Part shown: piece after piece, positions 39,247 through 51,286 of the stretch | Layout: each line of letters opens with the position of its first letter | Numbering within the stretch: position 1 is the first letter of the stretch | Assembly (NCBI GenBank): GCA_963728205.1 | Contig: CAVSIV010000006.1 | Location: forward strand, 1,792,001 to 1,856,000 | Reading direction: 5' to 3' | DNA length: 64,000 bases | Source: an uncultured Chloroflexia bacterium | Lineage (GTDB): Bacteria > Chloroflexota > Dehalococcoidia > UBA2979 | Position numbers and translations under genes: made by a program | The notes under the pieces: generated by a model | Seen by the model: the letters and a program-made list of their open reading frames with translations, nothing else | Databases searched by the model: none | What the model was told of the DNA's origin: nothing

Positions 39247-41013
39247 TCAGTTCTCCTTGTGGTCGTCGACGAAACCCTTGTCGTGCAGGTCTGCCGGCCC
39301 GAGCGCCGACACCAGCCTGTCATCCTCGACCATGCGCGCGTCATGCACGCCGGCCGGCGCCGCCTCCGGGTGGTGCAGGTCGAAGGCCGGTCGTTCGGAG
39401 CGGATCCGGGGGATGCTGTCGAAGTTGTGCCGCGGGGGCGGGCACGAGGTGGCCCACTCCAAGGATGCGCCGTACCCCCAGGGGTCGTCGGTCTCGACGA
39501 GCGGAGCGTTCTTCCAGGTGTTCCAGACGTTGTAGAAGAACGGCAGCATCGACAGGCCGAGGAGGAACGCGCCCGCCGTGGAGATCTGGTTGCCGAGGGC
39601 GAAGCCGTCCTCCGGCAGGTAGTCGGCGTACCGGCGCGGCATCCCCTGGATCCCCAGGAGGTGCTGGACGAAGAAGGTCACGTGGAACCCGATGAACAGC
39701 ATCCAGAAGTGCACCTTGCCGAGCCGCTCGTCGAGCATCCGCCCGGTGAGCTTGGGCCACCAGAAGTAGAACCCCGCGAACATCGCGAACACCACGGTAC
39801 CGAACACGACGTAGTGGAAGTGGGCGACGACGAAGTAGCTGTCGGACAGCTGGAAGTCCAGCGCGGGGCTGGCGAGGATGACCCCGGTCAACCCGCCGAA
39901 GAGGAAGGTGACGAGGAAGCCCAGCGCCCAGAGCATGGGCGTCGAGAAGTCGAGCTTCCCGCCCCACATCGTGCCGATCCAATTGAAGAACTTCACCCCT
40001 GTCGGCACCGCGATCAACATCGTCATGATCGCGAAGAACGGCAGCAGCACCTGACCGGTGACGTACATGTGGTGCGCCCAGACCGACACCGAGAGCGCGG
40101 CGATCGCGATCGTCGCGTAGACGAGGGTCTTGTAGCCGAAGATCGGCTTGCGGGAGAACACCGGCAGGACCTCGGAGATGATCCCGAAGAACGGCAGGGC
40201 GATGACATAGACCTCCGGATGCCCGAAGAACCAGAAGATGTGCTGCCAGAGGATGGCGCCCCCACTGGCGGGGTCGAACACGTGCGCTCCGAAGCGGCGG
40301 TCCGCGCCGAGGGCGAACAGGGCCGCGGCCAGGGCCGGGAAGATGAGCAGCACGAGGATCGAGGTGACCAGCACCGTCCAGACGAAGATCGGCATCCGGA
40401 ACATCGTCATGCCGGGCGCGCGCATGGTGAGGATGGTCGTGATGAAGTTGACGCCACCGAGGATGGTGCCGAAGCCGGCGAGGGCGAGGCCGAAGACCCA
40501 CAGGTCACCGCCCAGCCCCGGGCTGTAGGAGCTGTCCGAGAGCGGTGCGTAGGCGAACCAGCCGAAGGCCGCGGCGCCGCCTGGGGTGAGGAAGCCGGCA
40601 CCCGCGATGGCACCACCGAACACGTAGAGCCAGTACGCGAACATGTTCAGGCGCGGGAAGGCGACGTCGGGGGCACCGATCTGCAGCGGCATCAGCGCGT
40701 TGGCGAAACCGGCGAACAGCGGTGTCGCGAAGAGCAGCAGCATGATCGTGCCGTGCATGGTGAAGAGCTGGTTGTACTGGTCGGGGTTGTCGACCACCTG
40801 CAGGCCCGGGGAGGCGAGCTCGGCCCTGATGATCAGCGCCATGACGCCGCCGAGGAGGAACCAGATGAACGAGGTGATGAAGTAGAGGTTGCCGATGACC
40901 TTGTGGTCGGTCGTCGTCACCCACTTCACGACGGTGGCGCCAGGAGCCAGGCGCTTGGTGCGCGCGGGCGCGGACGCCGTCCGCAGCATCGTCGTCTCAG
41001 TAGCTGCACTCAT
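39247..41013 (-). CDS. ctaD: Cytochrome c oxidase subunit I
   Basis: [38 protein letters not shown]. Confidence 0.97.
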   Translation of the reverse strand: MSAATETTMLRTASAPARTKRLAPGATVVKWVTTTDHKVIGNLYFITSFIWFLLGGVMALIIRAELASPGLQVVDNPDQYNQLFTMHGTIMLLLFATPLFAGFANALMPLQIGAPDVAFPRLNMFAYWLYVFGGAIAGAGFLTPGGAAAFGWFAYAPLSDSSYSPGLGGDLWVFGLALAGFGTILGGVNFITTILTMRAPGMTMFRMPIFVWTVLVTSILVLLIFPALAAALFALGADRRFGAHVFDPASGGAILWQHIFWFFGHPEVYVIALPFFGIISEVLPVFSRKPIFGYKTLVYATIAIAALSVSVWAHHMYVTGQVLLPFFAIMTMLIAVPTGVKFFNWIGTMWGGKLDFSTPMLWALGFLVTFLFGGLTGVILASPALDFQLSDSYFVVAHFHYVVFGTVVFAMFAGFYFWWPKLTGRMLDERLGKVHFWMLFIGFHVTFFVQHLLGIQGMPRRYADYLPEDGFALGNQISTAGAFLLGLSMLPFFYNVWNTWKNAPLVETDDPWGYGASLEWATSCPPPRHNFDSIPRIRSERPAFDLHHPEAAPAGVHDARMVEDDRLVSALGPADLHDKGFVDDHKEN

Positions 41014-41015
41014 CG

Positions 41016-41909
41016 TCAGTTCCCTCCGTCGGTGCTGACGGTCTGCCCGTCCATCAGCTCTGACCTGTTCAGCGAGTTGTCGAGCATCCCGGTCTGACCG
41101 TTGGCCCGCAGGAGGTCGATGTGCGCGTCGTACTCCGCACGGTCGACGACCTTGACGTTGAACAGCATCTGCGAGTGGTACGCGCCGCACAGCTCGGCGC
41201 ACTTGCCCTTGAAGGTGCCCACCTGGGTCGGCACGACCTGGAAGGAGTTGACCCGCCCGGGGATCATGTCCATCTTCTGCAGGAACGCCGGCACCCAGAA
41301 CGAGTGGATGACGTCACGCGTGGTGAGGACGAACTCGACCCGTTCGTCGACCGGCAGGTACAGGGTGGGGATGGTCTCCTCGGCCCCGGGCTTGCCGGTG
41401 AGGATGGCCTGGGTGCCCACCTCGTGGACGTCGTCCTCGAGGTAGTTGAAGTCCCAGCTCCACTGCTTGCCGACGACGTTGATCGTGACGTCGGCGGGGG
41501 TCGAGGTGTCGACCAGCGCCGACTCGTCGCGCGCGGTGTAGTAGAAGAACACGACGACCATGAAGATCGGGACCACGGTGTAGAGGATCTCGATCGGGAT
41601 GTTGTAGCGCAGCTGCACGGGGAGCTCGGTGTCGTCCTTGTGGCGCCGGTAGGCGACGACGCACCACCCGATCAGGCCGATGACGAGCAGGCCGACGAGG
41701 ATGAGGGTGATCCAGGCACCGATCCACAGCGACGTGACGCGCTCGCCCCCCTCGGTCACCGCCGGAGGCAGCCACCCGGTCGACGCGTTGCCCCGGAGCT
41801 CACCGCTGGCGCACCCACCGAGGGCGGTCACGGACAGGGTGCCGAGCACGGCAGCCACCGCGAGGCGGCGCCCCGGTCGACGGGGCGATGAGAGGTCGAA
41901 CTGGCGCAC
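41016..41909 (-). CDS. ctaC: Cytochrome c oxidase subunit II
   Basis: Lipobox LGGC; [23 protein letters not shown] (CuA). Confidence 0.95.
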   Translation of the reverse strand: MRQFDLSSPRRPGRRLAVAAVLGTLSVTALGGCASGELRGNASTGWLPPAVTEGGERVTSLWIGAWITLILVGLLVIGLIGWCVVAYRRHKDDTELPVQLRYNIPIEILYTVVPIFMVVVFFYYTARDESALVDTSTPADVTINVVGKQWSWDFNYLEDDVHEVGTQAILTGKPGAEETIPTLYLPVDERVEFVLTTRDVIHSFWVPAFLQKMDMIPGRVNSFQVVPTQVGTFKGKCAELCGAYHSQMLFNVKVVDRAEYDAHIDLLRANGQTGMLDNSLNRSELMDGQTVSTDGGN

Positions 41910-42003
41910 CGCTGCACCCTTCGTCAGCAGGAGGACATCGAACGGGGAAACCCTACTGCACCACCCCCGTCGCCGGCATGCAGGGGGGACTACCGTCGGG
42001 GGC

Positions 42004-43166
42004 GTGGCGAGCACCCTGTCGAACCCTGACGACCGGCCCTCCCCCGGTTTGCTCGACGGCTCCAGACGCCCCTGTGCACCCGCTCGCCGCGGCGACCCTG
42101 CGGGCCGCCCTCGTCCCGGCCGCCGCGGACCCGACGAGCCGGCACGCCGAGGGACGCCGGTCCGGGGCGTTCCTCGACACCGCCCGCGAGGTGCTGGCCG
42201 GGGCCGTGGGGGTGCGCCCCGAGGAGCTCTCCGTGCATCCCAGCGCCCAGGCCGCCCTCGAGCTCGGGCTGACGGGCCTGCGACACGCGAGGCGCCGGGT
42301 GGGCGAGCGGGTGGTTCTGGGGGCGACGGAGCGCTCGGTGCTCCTCGTACAGCCGGGCACCGAGCCCACGGTCCCCACGGACCGGCACGGCCGCGTCGAC
42401 GTCCGCGCGTACGACGGAGCGCTGGCGGGTGCGGACGTCGCCGCCGCGGTGCTCCAGAGCGCGAACGCGCGAGGTCGGCACGAGGCAGCCCGTCCGGGAG
42501 GTGGACGAGCTCGCCCGGCACCAGGGCGTGCCGCTGCTCCTCGACGCCACCGCCTCGCTCGGCCGTGAGGACGTCCCGCGCGCCGGCGCGGTGGTCGTGG
42601 CGGATGCCGCCTCGTTCGGTGGTCCTCCGCTGGGGCTCCTGGGTGTGCGGGCGGGCACCCGCTGGGCGCTGCCCGGCCCCCGCCGGGGGGCCGAGATGGG
42701 TCGAGAGGTCGCGCCGCCGTGGGTGCCCCTCGTCCTCGCCGCCGCCGAGGCCTGGCGACAGAGCGCCGCGACCCGGGCGGAGGAGGAGCGCAGCGCGCGC
42801 CTCCTCGTCGACCGCATCCGCCGGGCGGCGTCGGGGGTGAGGGACGTCGAGGTGGTCGGGGACCCCGTCGACCGGCTCCCGCACGTGGTGACCTTCAGCG
42901 TCCTCTACGCGGACGGCGAGGTCCTCGTCGACGAGCTGGGCCGGCGCGGCCTCTCCGTCGCCTCGGGGTCGGCCTGCACGTCGAGCACGCTTCGTCCCAG
43001 CCACGTCCTGGCAGCCATGGGCGTGCTGACCCACGGCAACGTCCGCGTGACCCTGCCCCTCGCAGCCGTCTCACCGGACCGGGCCGAGGGGGTCGAGCGA
43101 CTCTGCCAGGAACTCCCAGACGCGGTCGCCACCGTGCGGCGCCGTCTGGGCACGGAGCACCTGTGA
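42004..43166 (+). CDS. Cysteine desulfurase-like (class V aminotransferase fold) protein; frameshifts near 42060 and 42465
   Basis: DPTSRHAEGRR, QSAN.EVGTRQP, LLDATASLG, SGSACTSS..PSHVLAAMG. The SxHK lysine is absent (DAASFGGP). Confidence 0.82.
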
Positions 43167-43447
43167 GCACCGAGGAGCCCGCGCCCGGCCCGGAGCCGAT
43201 CGTCGACGCCAGGGGGACCCGCTGCCCGGAACCGGTGATCCGCGTCGCGCGGGCGAGCAGGGAGCTTCCGCGGGGCTCGGTGGTGGTGCTGCTCGCCGAC
43301 GACGTGGCGGCCCGCGCCGACGTCCCGGCGTGGGCCCGGCTGAAGGGGCACACGGTGAGCCTTCGGGACGACGACGGCTGGACGGCATACCGGGTGGTCC
43401 TCGGGGGCGCGGCCCGGGCCGACCCTCACGACGAGAGGTCCACCTGA
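43163..43447 (+). CDS. TusA-family sulfur carrier
   Basis: VDARGTRCPEPVI...LADD...DVPAWAR..GH; GTGA overlap. Confidence 0.88.
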   Translation: MSTEEPAPGPEPIVDARGTRCPEPVIRVARASRELPRGSVVVLLADDVAARADVPAWARLKGHTVSLRDDDGWTAYRVVLGGAARADPHDERST

Positions 43448-44106
43448 GGGGCTGTCAGGGCGGACTCGAGCCGCTCGAGGTACACCTCGCGCGGCCACTC
43501 CCGCGCGCCGAGCCGGCGCAGGTGGTCGGTGGCCCACTGCACGTCGATGAGCCGCCGCGGGTCACCGTCGGCGTGCACCCGGTCGACCAGGGCGACCAGC
43601 GCCACCTTCGAGGCGTCCCGCACCGAGTGGAACATCGACTCTCCCGCGAAGAGCCCGCCGATCGAGACCCCGTAGAGCCCACCGACGAGGTCCTCGCCCT
43701 GCCAGGTCTCGATGCTGTGGGCCCAGCCGAGCGCGTGCAGCCGACCGTAGGCCGTGGCCATCTCGGGCGTGATCCAGCGGCCCGACCGGGACGGGTCGGC
43801 GCAGCGCCGGACCACCTCGTCGAACGCCGTGTCGACGCGGAGGTCGAAGTGCGCGACCGCCTTGCGCAGCGACCGCCGCACGGTGAGACCACCCGGGGGG
43901 ATCACGCCTCGGGGGTCCGGCGACCACCAGCCGGTGGCCCCGCTCCCGTGCCGCCCCAGCCCCATCGGGAAGAGCCCGACCCGGTAGGCAGCCAGCAGGG
44001 TACCCGGGTCGAGGTCCGCCCCGGCCGCGACGAGGTCCTCCCCCGGCTCGGCCCGGGCCGCGTCGAGCGACCACGGGGTCGCGGGTGGCTCGACCGGGGG
44101 GAACAC
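43426..44106 (-). CDS. aat: Leucyl/phenylalanyl-tRNA--protein transferase
   Basis: AYRVGLFPM, WWSPDPRG, AHSIETW, GGLYGV, GESMF, DASKVAL. Confidence 0.93.
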   Translation of the reverse strand: MFPPVEPPATPWSLDAARAEPGEDLVAAGADLDPGTLLAAYRVGLFPMGLGRHGSGATGWWSPDPRGVIPPGGLTVRRSLRKAVAHFDLRVDTAFDEVVRRCADPSRSGRWITPEMATAYGRLHALGWAHSIETWQGEDLVGGLYGVSIGGLFAGESMFHSVRDASKVALVALVDRVHADGDPRRLIDVQWATDHLRRLGAREWPREVYLERLESALTAPQVDLSS

Positions 44107-44122
44107 GCTGAGCCCGCGGCGG

Positions 44123-45117
<995 letters not shown>

Positions 45118-45177
45118 CTACCCGCAGCCCAGCGCGTCGGCGGCCCCGGACGCGGCGCGGGGTCGGGCCGCCGGGGC

Positions 45178-45556
45178 TCAGCTGAAGCTGTCACCGCAGG
45201 CGCAGGAACTTCCGGCGTTGGGGTTGTCGATCGTGAAGCCCTGCTTCTCGATGGTGTCCGCGAAGTCGATGGTGGCGCCGTCGAGGTACGGGGCGCTCAT
45301 CCGGTCGATGACGACCCCGACGCCCGAGAAGTCCGCGACGAGGTCACCGTCGAGGCTGCGCTCGTCGAAGTAGAGCTGGTAGATCAGGCCGGAGCAGCCG
45401 CCGGGCTGGACCCCGACGCGCAGGCGCAGGTCGTCGCGACCCTCCTGGGCGAGCAGGGACTTGACCTTCTCGGCGGCGACGTCGGTGAGGACGACGCCGT
45501 GGGCAGCGCCCTGCGCCTCGGCGGGTGGCGTCGGTGGTCTGGAGCTGGTCGCTCAT
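45178..45556 (-). CDS. HesB/IscA (ErpA-like) Fe-S cluster assembly protein; frameshift near 45520
   Basis: Manual translation: LTDVAAEKVKSLL..EGRDDLRLRVGVQPGGCSGL...IDNPNAGSSCACGDSFS*. Confidence 0.9.
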
Positions 45557-45607
45557 GGGTGCACTCCTCATGCTGGCGGTGGCCTCGATGCGGTCGGTCG
45601 AACGGGA

Positions 45608-45636
45608 CAACCCCGCAGGGGGGCGCTGTTGTTCCC
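45608..45636 (-). promoter_or_regulatory. SigH/SigR-type promoter upstream of iscA
   Basis: Minus strand GGGAAC-N18-GGTTG matches the actinobacterial thiol-stress ECF consensus. Confidence 0.6.
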
Positions 45637-45645
45637 CGGACTCGT

Positions 45646-46832
45646 TCAGGATACGCCGCCGGGATCGATGAGGCGGGGTGACCAGGTGCGGGCCACGCGG
45701 GCCGTACGGGCGGCGAGCGACCCGACCGGGTCCGCCACCATGGCCTCGATCTCGGCAGGGCGCTCGGCGACCGCGTAGCACGCTGCCAGGCCCAGGCTCA
45801 TGGTCTCTCGACGTCCGACGAGGCACTCGCCCGGCCACCGCAACGGTGGGGCGCCCGGTCTGCGCCGCCGCCTCGGCGACCCCCGCGACCACCGAGCCCC
45901 GCAGGGTCGACCAGTCGAGCAGCGCGGTGCCGGTGACGACGACGTCGCTGCGCGCCGCTGCCACCCCGAAGCCGCACGCGCCGCAGGACGGCACTCACTG
46001 CGCCGACGCGACGAGCCCCGAGGGAGAGCAGGGCGTAGCCGAGCCCGCCCGCCGCGCCTGCACCGAGCTCGCGGTCCAGCCGCGCCGGTCGACCCGTGAG
46101 CAGGTCCAGCGGGGGGGGGAGGGCGCGCCCGAGGACGTCGGTGAACCGGCCGAGAGCCGCCTCGAGCGCCTGGGCCTGCTCCGGGGTCGCGCCCTTGCGG
46201 GGGACTCGACGGCACTCGTGCCCTGCAGGCCCAGGAGGGGGGTGTCCTCGTCGGTGGCGAGCACGAGGTCCACCCCCGACAGTCGGTCGATCACCCCGGG
46301 GAGGCCGAGGAGCACGTCGTCGGGCAGGTCGGCCAGCGCCGCCCCACCGCGGGCGAGCGCCGAGGCGGGCCCGGCGCCGAGGGCCGCCAGCAGTCCCGGC
46401 CCCCCCGTCGTTGGTGCTGCCGCCGCCGGCGCCGATGACGACCCGTGTCGCGCCTTCGCCGACCGCGGTCTCCAGGAGCTGGCCCACTCCCCAGGTGCTG
46501 GTCAGGCCGGGGTTGCGCTCGTCGGCGCCGAGGAGGTGCAGCCCACTGGCCTGGGCGGCCTCGACGTATGCCGTGCGCCTGCCCTCCTCCTCGACGACGA
46601 GCACGGCCGCGGGCACGTCACGGCCGAGGGGGTCGCTGACGACCGCCGCGACCATCACCCCGCCCAGGGCCCGCTGGAGCACGTCGAGGAACCCCGGGCC
46701 ACCGTCGGAGAGGGGCAGGGCCTCGATGTCGTCGTGCGGGGCGGAGCCGGCCCAGCCGTCGGCCATCGCCGCGGCCGCCTGGGTGGCGCCGAGGGTGGAA
46801 CCGAAGGAGTCCGGAGCGAGGAGCACACGCAC
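45646..46832 (-). CDS. glxK: Glycerate kinase; several frameshifts
   Basis: LLAPDSFGS, PLSDGGPG, EAAQASGL, GGSTNDGGAG, GAGAAGGLG. Confidence 0.85.
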
Positions 46833-46888
46833 CTCGCGAGGGTATCGGCCGGGACGGTCGGGATCACCCCGGCCCACCGGAGGGCGGG

Positions 46889-46910
46889 TGTCGGCGGGCC
46901 TCACTACCGT
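46889..46910 (+). promoter_or_regulatory. PafBC-type promoter of the DinB-family gene
   Basis: TGTCGG-CGGGCCTCAC-TACCGT. Confidence 0.7.
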
Positions 46911-46942
46911 GGCGGATGACCGAGACACGGAGGAGACCAGCC

Positions 46943-47497
46943 ATGGCGAACGACGACGAGAACCCGGCACCGAGCCCCGCCGGTGACGGCGGCGAGCGGA
47001 CCGGTCACGAGGGTGAGCGGGCCGACCTGCTCGATGCGCTGCGCACCCAGCGGTACCTGTTCCTGCACACCGTCGACGGGCTCACCGAGGAGCAGGCCCG
47101 GCAGCGCCCCACCGTGAGCGCCCTGAGTCTCGGCGGGCTGGTGAAGCACGTCACCGCGATGGAGAGCCAGTGGTGCGACTTCGTCGAGCAGGGGCCGGCA
47201 GCCATGCAGGCCGAAGAGGCCCAGGACTGGCTCGGTGGCTTCCAGATGACCCCCGAGGACACTCTCGATGCCGTCACCGAGCGCTTCCACCAGGCTGCCG
47301 ACCGCACGGACGCCCTCGTCGAGAGCCTCCCGGACCTCGGCGCCTCCCAGCCGCTGCCGGAGGCACCGTGGTTCGCACCCGGATCGACCCGGTCGGCGCG
47401 GAGGGTCTTCACCCACCTCGTGGCCGAGATCGCCCAGCACGCGGGCCACGCCGACATCCTGCGCGAGAGCATCGACGGCCAGCAGACGATGGCCTGA
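46943..47497 (+). CDS. DinB/DUF664 family protein
   Basis: GLTEEQAR..PTVSALSLGGLVKHV...HLVAEIAQHAGHADILRESIDG; SD GGAGGA. Confidence 0.88.
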   Translation: MANDDENPAPSPAGDGGERTGHEGERADLLDALRTQRYLFLHTVDGLTEEQARQRPTVSALSLGGLVKHVTAMESQWCDFVEQGPAAMQAEEAQDWLGGFQMTPEDTLDAVTERFHQAADRTDALVESLPDLGASQPLPEAPWFAPGSTRSARRVFTHLVAEIAQHAGHADILRESIDGQQTMA

Positions 47498-47569
47498 CCA
47501 CCCCGGCCCCGGGGGGCCACCTCGCCCGCCAGGCCCGGGAGAGCCGGTCACACGGCATACGATCAGTGG

Positions 47570-48766
47570 GTGAGCACCACGACCGATGTCCCCCAGCACG
47601 CCCCGCTCCCCCTGCTCGTCCTCGGCCACGGCCGGGACCTGGCCAGTGAGCGAGGCGTGGAGTGTCCCGGTGACCTCCCGGCCCCCTCGGACCCCGGGCT
47701 GGTCGAGCGGGCGCGCGCGGCCAAGGAGGCGCTCGGCGACCGGGTCTTCGTCCTGGGCCACCACTACCAGCGTGACGAGGTCATCGAGTTCGCCGACGTG
47801 ACCGGCGACTCCTTCAAGCTGGCCAAGGAGGCGGCGGCCCGTCCGGAGGCGGAGTGGGTCGTCTTCTGCGGCGTGCACTTCATGGCGGAGTCCGCCGACA
47901 TCCTCACGAGCGACACCCAGACCGTCATCCTGCCCGACCTCGCGGCCGGATGCTCGATGGCCGACATGGCCGCGATCGACCAGGTCGAGGAGTGCTGGGA
48001 CGAGCTCGCCGAGGCCGGGGTCGCCGACGTCACGGTGCCCGTGACCTACATGAACTCCTCAGCGGCGATCAAGGCGTTCACCGGCCGCCACGGCGGCACG
48101 ATCTGCACCTCGTCCAACGCCAGGACGGCCCTGACGTGGGCCTGGACAAGGTCGGCGAGGGCGGCAAGGTGCTGTTCCTGCCCGACCAGCACCTCGGGCG
48201 CAACACCTGGGCCCGGGACCTGGGCGGGTCGCTGGACAGCTGCGTGGTCTGGGACCCCCACCGCCCGATGGGTGGCCTGCACGGTCGAGCAGCTCCGCGC
48301 CGCCACGATGATCCTGTGGCGGGGTCACTGCTCGGTGCACGGACGCTTCTCCGTCGAGGCTGTCGAGGCCGCCCGGCGGCAGATCCCCGACGTCAAGGTG
48401 ATCGTGCACCCCGAGTGCCGCAACGAGGTCGTCGAGCTCGCCGACGAGGTCGGCTCCACCGAGAAGATCATCAAGACGATCTCCGCGGCCCCGGCTGGCA
48501 CGGCATGGGCCGTGGGCACCGAGCTCAACCTCGTGAAGAGGCTGGCCGCGCAGTTCCCGGAGCAGCAGATCGTCTTCCTCGAGAAGAACGTCTGCTACTG
48601 CTCCACGATGAACCGGATCGACCTTCCGCACCTGGTGTGGGCCCTGGAGTCACTCGTCGACGGCCGCGTCGTCAACCCCATCCGTGTCGACGCCGAGGTC
48701 GCCGAGCAGGCGCGGGTCGCGCTCGACCAGATGCTCGCCCTCCCGGGCGAGACCGCCAAGGACTGA
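47570..48766 (+). CDS. nadA: Quinolinate synthase A (compensating frameshifts about 48140-48280)
   Basis: LGHHYQR, FCGVHFMAE, GCSMAD, YMNS, GHCSVH, HPEC, CSTMNRI. LFLPDQHLGRN is in the alternate frame. Confidence 0.95.
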   Translation: MSTTTDVPQHAPLPLLVLGHGRDLASERGVECPGDLPAPSDPGLVERARAAKEALGDRVFVLGHHYQRDEVIEFADVTGDSFKLAKEAAARPEAEWVVFCGVHFMAESADILTSDTQTVILPDLAAGCSMADMAAIDQVEECWDELAEAGVADVTVPVTYMNSSAAIKAFTGRHGGTICTSSNARTALTWAWTRSARAARCCSCPTSTSGATPGPGTWAGRWTAAWSGTPTARWVACTVEQLRAATMILWRGHCSVHGRFSVEAVEAARRQIPDVKVIVHPECRNEVVELADEVGSTEKIIKTISAAPAGTAWAVGTELNLVKRLAAQFPEQQIVFLEKNVCYCSTMNRIDLPHLVWALESLVDGRVVNPIRVDAEVAEQARVALDQMLALPGETAKD

Positions 48767-48786
48767 CCCACCGCCATCCCCTGGCG

Positions 48787-49832
48787 TCACGGGGCGAGGA
48801 CGAGGCCGTCGGGCCCGAGGTGGGGGTTGTGGTCCGTGGGGACCCGCTCCGGCTCCGAGTCGGCCGGTGGCCCGGGCGGGGTCCCGTCCCCGAACGGCGA
48901 GCCCCCGAGGCCCTCGCGACCGTGGGGGGTGCCCCAGCCGGCCAGGTCCGGGCCGGCCGGGACGACACCGCGTCGGGTTGATGTCGCGGTGGACCTCGTA
49001 GTAGTGGCTCTTGATCTGCACGAAGTCCGTGGTGTCGCCGAAGCCCGGCGTCTGGAACAGGTCGCGGGCATACGCCCACAGCACCGGCATCTCGGTGAGC
49101 TTGGTGCGGTTGCACTTGAAGTGGCCGTGGTAGACCGCGTCGAAGCGGGCCAGGGTGGTGAAGAGCCGCACGTCGGCCTCGGTGACGCGTGTCCCCGACG
49201 AGGTAGCGCCGCGTCGACAGGCGGTCCTCGAGCCAGTCCAGGGCGGTCGAACAACCGCTCGTACGCCGCGTCGTAGGACCGCTGGGTGCCCGCGAAGCCG
49301 CACCGGTAGACCCCGTTGTTCACCTCGGTGTAGACGCGGGCGTTCACCTCGTCGATCTCGTCCCGGTGCTGCTCGGGGTAGAGGTCGGGGGCGCCGTGCG
49401 GTGGTGCTCGGTCCACTGGGTGGTGAGGTCGAGGGTCATGACGGGGAAGTCGTTGGTCACGACCTCGCCGCTCGGGACGTCGACGATCGCCGGCACGGTG
49501 ATCCCCCGGGGGTAGCCCGGCCGGCGCGCCTCGTAGGCGTCCTTGAGCCGCGGGATGCCCAGCACCGGATCGACCTCGCCAGGGTCCAGGTCGAAGGTCC
49601 AGCTGTCGGCGTCGTGGGTGGGACCGCACAGGCCCATCGAGAGCACGTCCTCGAGCCCGAGGAGCCGGCGGACGATGATCGCGCGGTTGGCCCACGGGCA
49701 GGCCCGGGCGACGACGAGCCGGTAGCGACCGGGCTCGACCGGCCAGTCCCCCGTGCCGTCGGCGGTGATCCGGTCGGTGATGTAGGTCGTGTCGCGTTGG
49801 AACTCGGGCTCGACGTAGCTGGCCTGGCTCAC
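48787..49832 (-). CDS. Glutathionyl-hydroquinone reductase (YqjG/ECM4-like); frameshifted
   Basis: ACPWANR, ITVPAIVD, VNNGVYRCGFA, EADVRLFTTLARFDAVY..HFKCN, IKSHYY. Confidence 0.88.
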
Positions 49833-51204
49833 TCGCGACCCTCCCTCGGCAGCGCCCCGAGCCGGGCGAGCAGCACGGCCTCTGCCACGCACACCCGCTC
49901 GAACTCGCCCAGGTGCAGGGACTCGTTGGCTCCGTGGGCGCGGGCGTCGGGGTCCTCGACTCCGGTGACGAGGATCGCCGCCTCGGGGAACTGCGAGGCG
50001 AAGGCCGCGACGAACGGGATCGACCCGCCGACGCCGATGTCGACCGGCTCGCACCCCCCACGCGTCGTGGAATGCCGCTCGCGCCTGGTCGTAGACCGGA
50101 CCCTCGGCGTCCGCTGCGAAGCCCAGGCCACCCTCGTCGAACGTCACCTCCACCTTGGCGCCCCACGGCGCGTGCTCGAGCAGGTGGGTGCGAAGCAGCT
50201 CGAAGGCCTCGGTGTCGACCTCGTCGGGCGCGATGCGCATCGAGACCTTGGCGGCCGCCGTCGGCACGAGGGTGTTCGACGAGGTCGCGATGGTCGGTGC
50301 GTCGATGCCGATCGTCGTGATCGACGGCTTGGTCCAGAGCCGGGACAGCAGCGAGCCCGAGCCGATCGTCGAGACCCCGTCGAGGAGCCCGGACTCGCCG
50401 CGAAGCCGCTCCTCCGAGAAGTCGAGGTCCGCGGCCCGGCCGGATCGAAGACCCTCGACGGCGACGTTGCCCTCGTCGTCGTGCAGGGTCGCGAGCAGCC
50501 GCACGAGAGCGGTGATCGCGTCAGGCACCGCTCCTCCGAACATTCCCGAGTGCACGCCGTGGTCGAGGGTGGAGACGGTGACGACCACCCGCACCATGCC
50601 GCGCAGGGTCGTCGTGAGCGCGGGTTCGCCGATGTCCCAGTTGGTCGAGTCGGCGAGGACGATGGCGTCGGCGCGCAGCCTCTCTCCGTGACGCTCGAGG
50701 ATCCTCGGCAGTGACTCCGACCCGATCTCCTCCTCGCCCTCGACGAACACGGTGACACCCACGGGGAGCGACCCGGCGTGGGCCCGCAGGGCGGCGATGT
50801 GCGCCATGACGCCGGCCTTGTCGTCGGCGGCGCCGCGGCCGTAGAGCCGACCGCCACGCTCGGTGGGCTCGAACGCCGGGCTGTCCCACAGCGCCTCGTC
50901 CCCGGGCGGTTGCACGTCGTGGTGCGCGTAGAGCATGACCGTGGGCGAGCCGGGCGGCCCGTCCACGTGCGCGATCACCGCAGGACGCCCGCCCTCCCGG
51001 ACGATGTCGACGTCGAGGCCTTCAGCACGCAGCAGGGCAGCGGTCGCCTCGGCACTGGCCTCGACCTGCGCCTGGTCGAAGGCGTCCAGCGACACGCTCG
51101 GGATGCGGGTGAGCGCCTCGAGGTCGCTGCGGACCTGCGGCATGAGGTCGGCGATGGTCTCGCGGAGGGCGGCGATCTGGTCAGCGGGGAGTCACGTCGG
51201 TCAC
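49829..51204 (-). CDS. M20 family dipeptidase; frameshifted
   Basis: RIPSVS, YAHHDVQP, YGRGAADDK, EGEEEIGS, HSG, GGSIPF, AHGANES. Confidence 0.88.
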
Positions 51205-51286
51205 CCCGAGACCTTACCCAGCGCATCCGCGCGGGCGTGTCCGGACGCGTGCACGGCATCCCCGGTGGTGCGCCTACAGTGGAGGG

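Noticed and set aside
38983-41097. Long antisense ORFs (this 704-aa one and many others rich in R/G/P/V/E)
   Set aside because: Shadow ORFs typical of high-GC codon bias, opposite well-supported genes, with no recognisable motifs.
48140-48285. Programmed frameshifting or a novel insert in nadA
   Set aside because: The conserved LFLPDQHLGRN segment lies in the alternate frame between two compensating indels; no slippery site is evident and it matches the window-wide error pattern.
49344-51143. Apparent dipeptidase - glutathione transferase fusion (599 aa)
   Set aside because: Caused by an indel near 50050. The real dipeptidase C-terminus (GGSIPF...HGANES) ends at 49829 in another frame.
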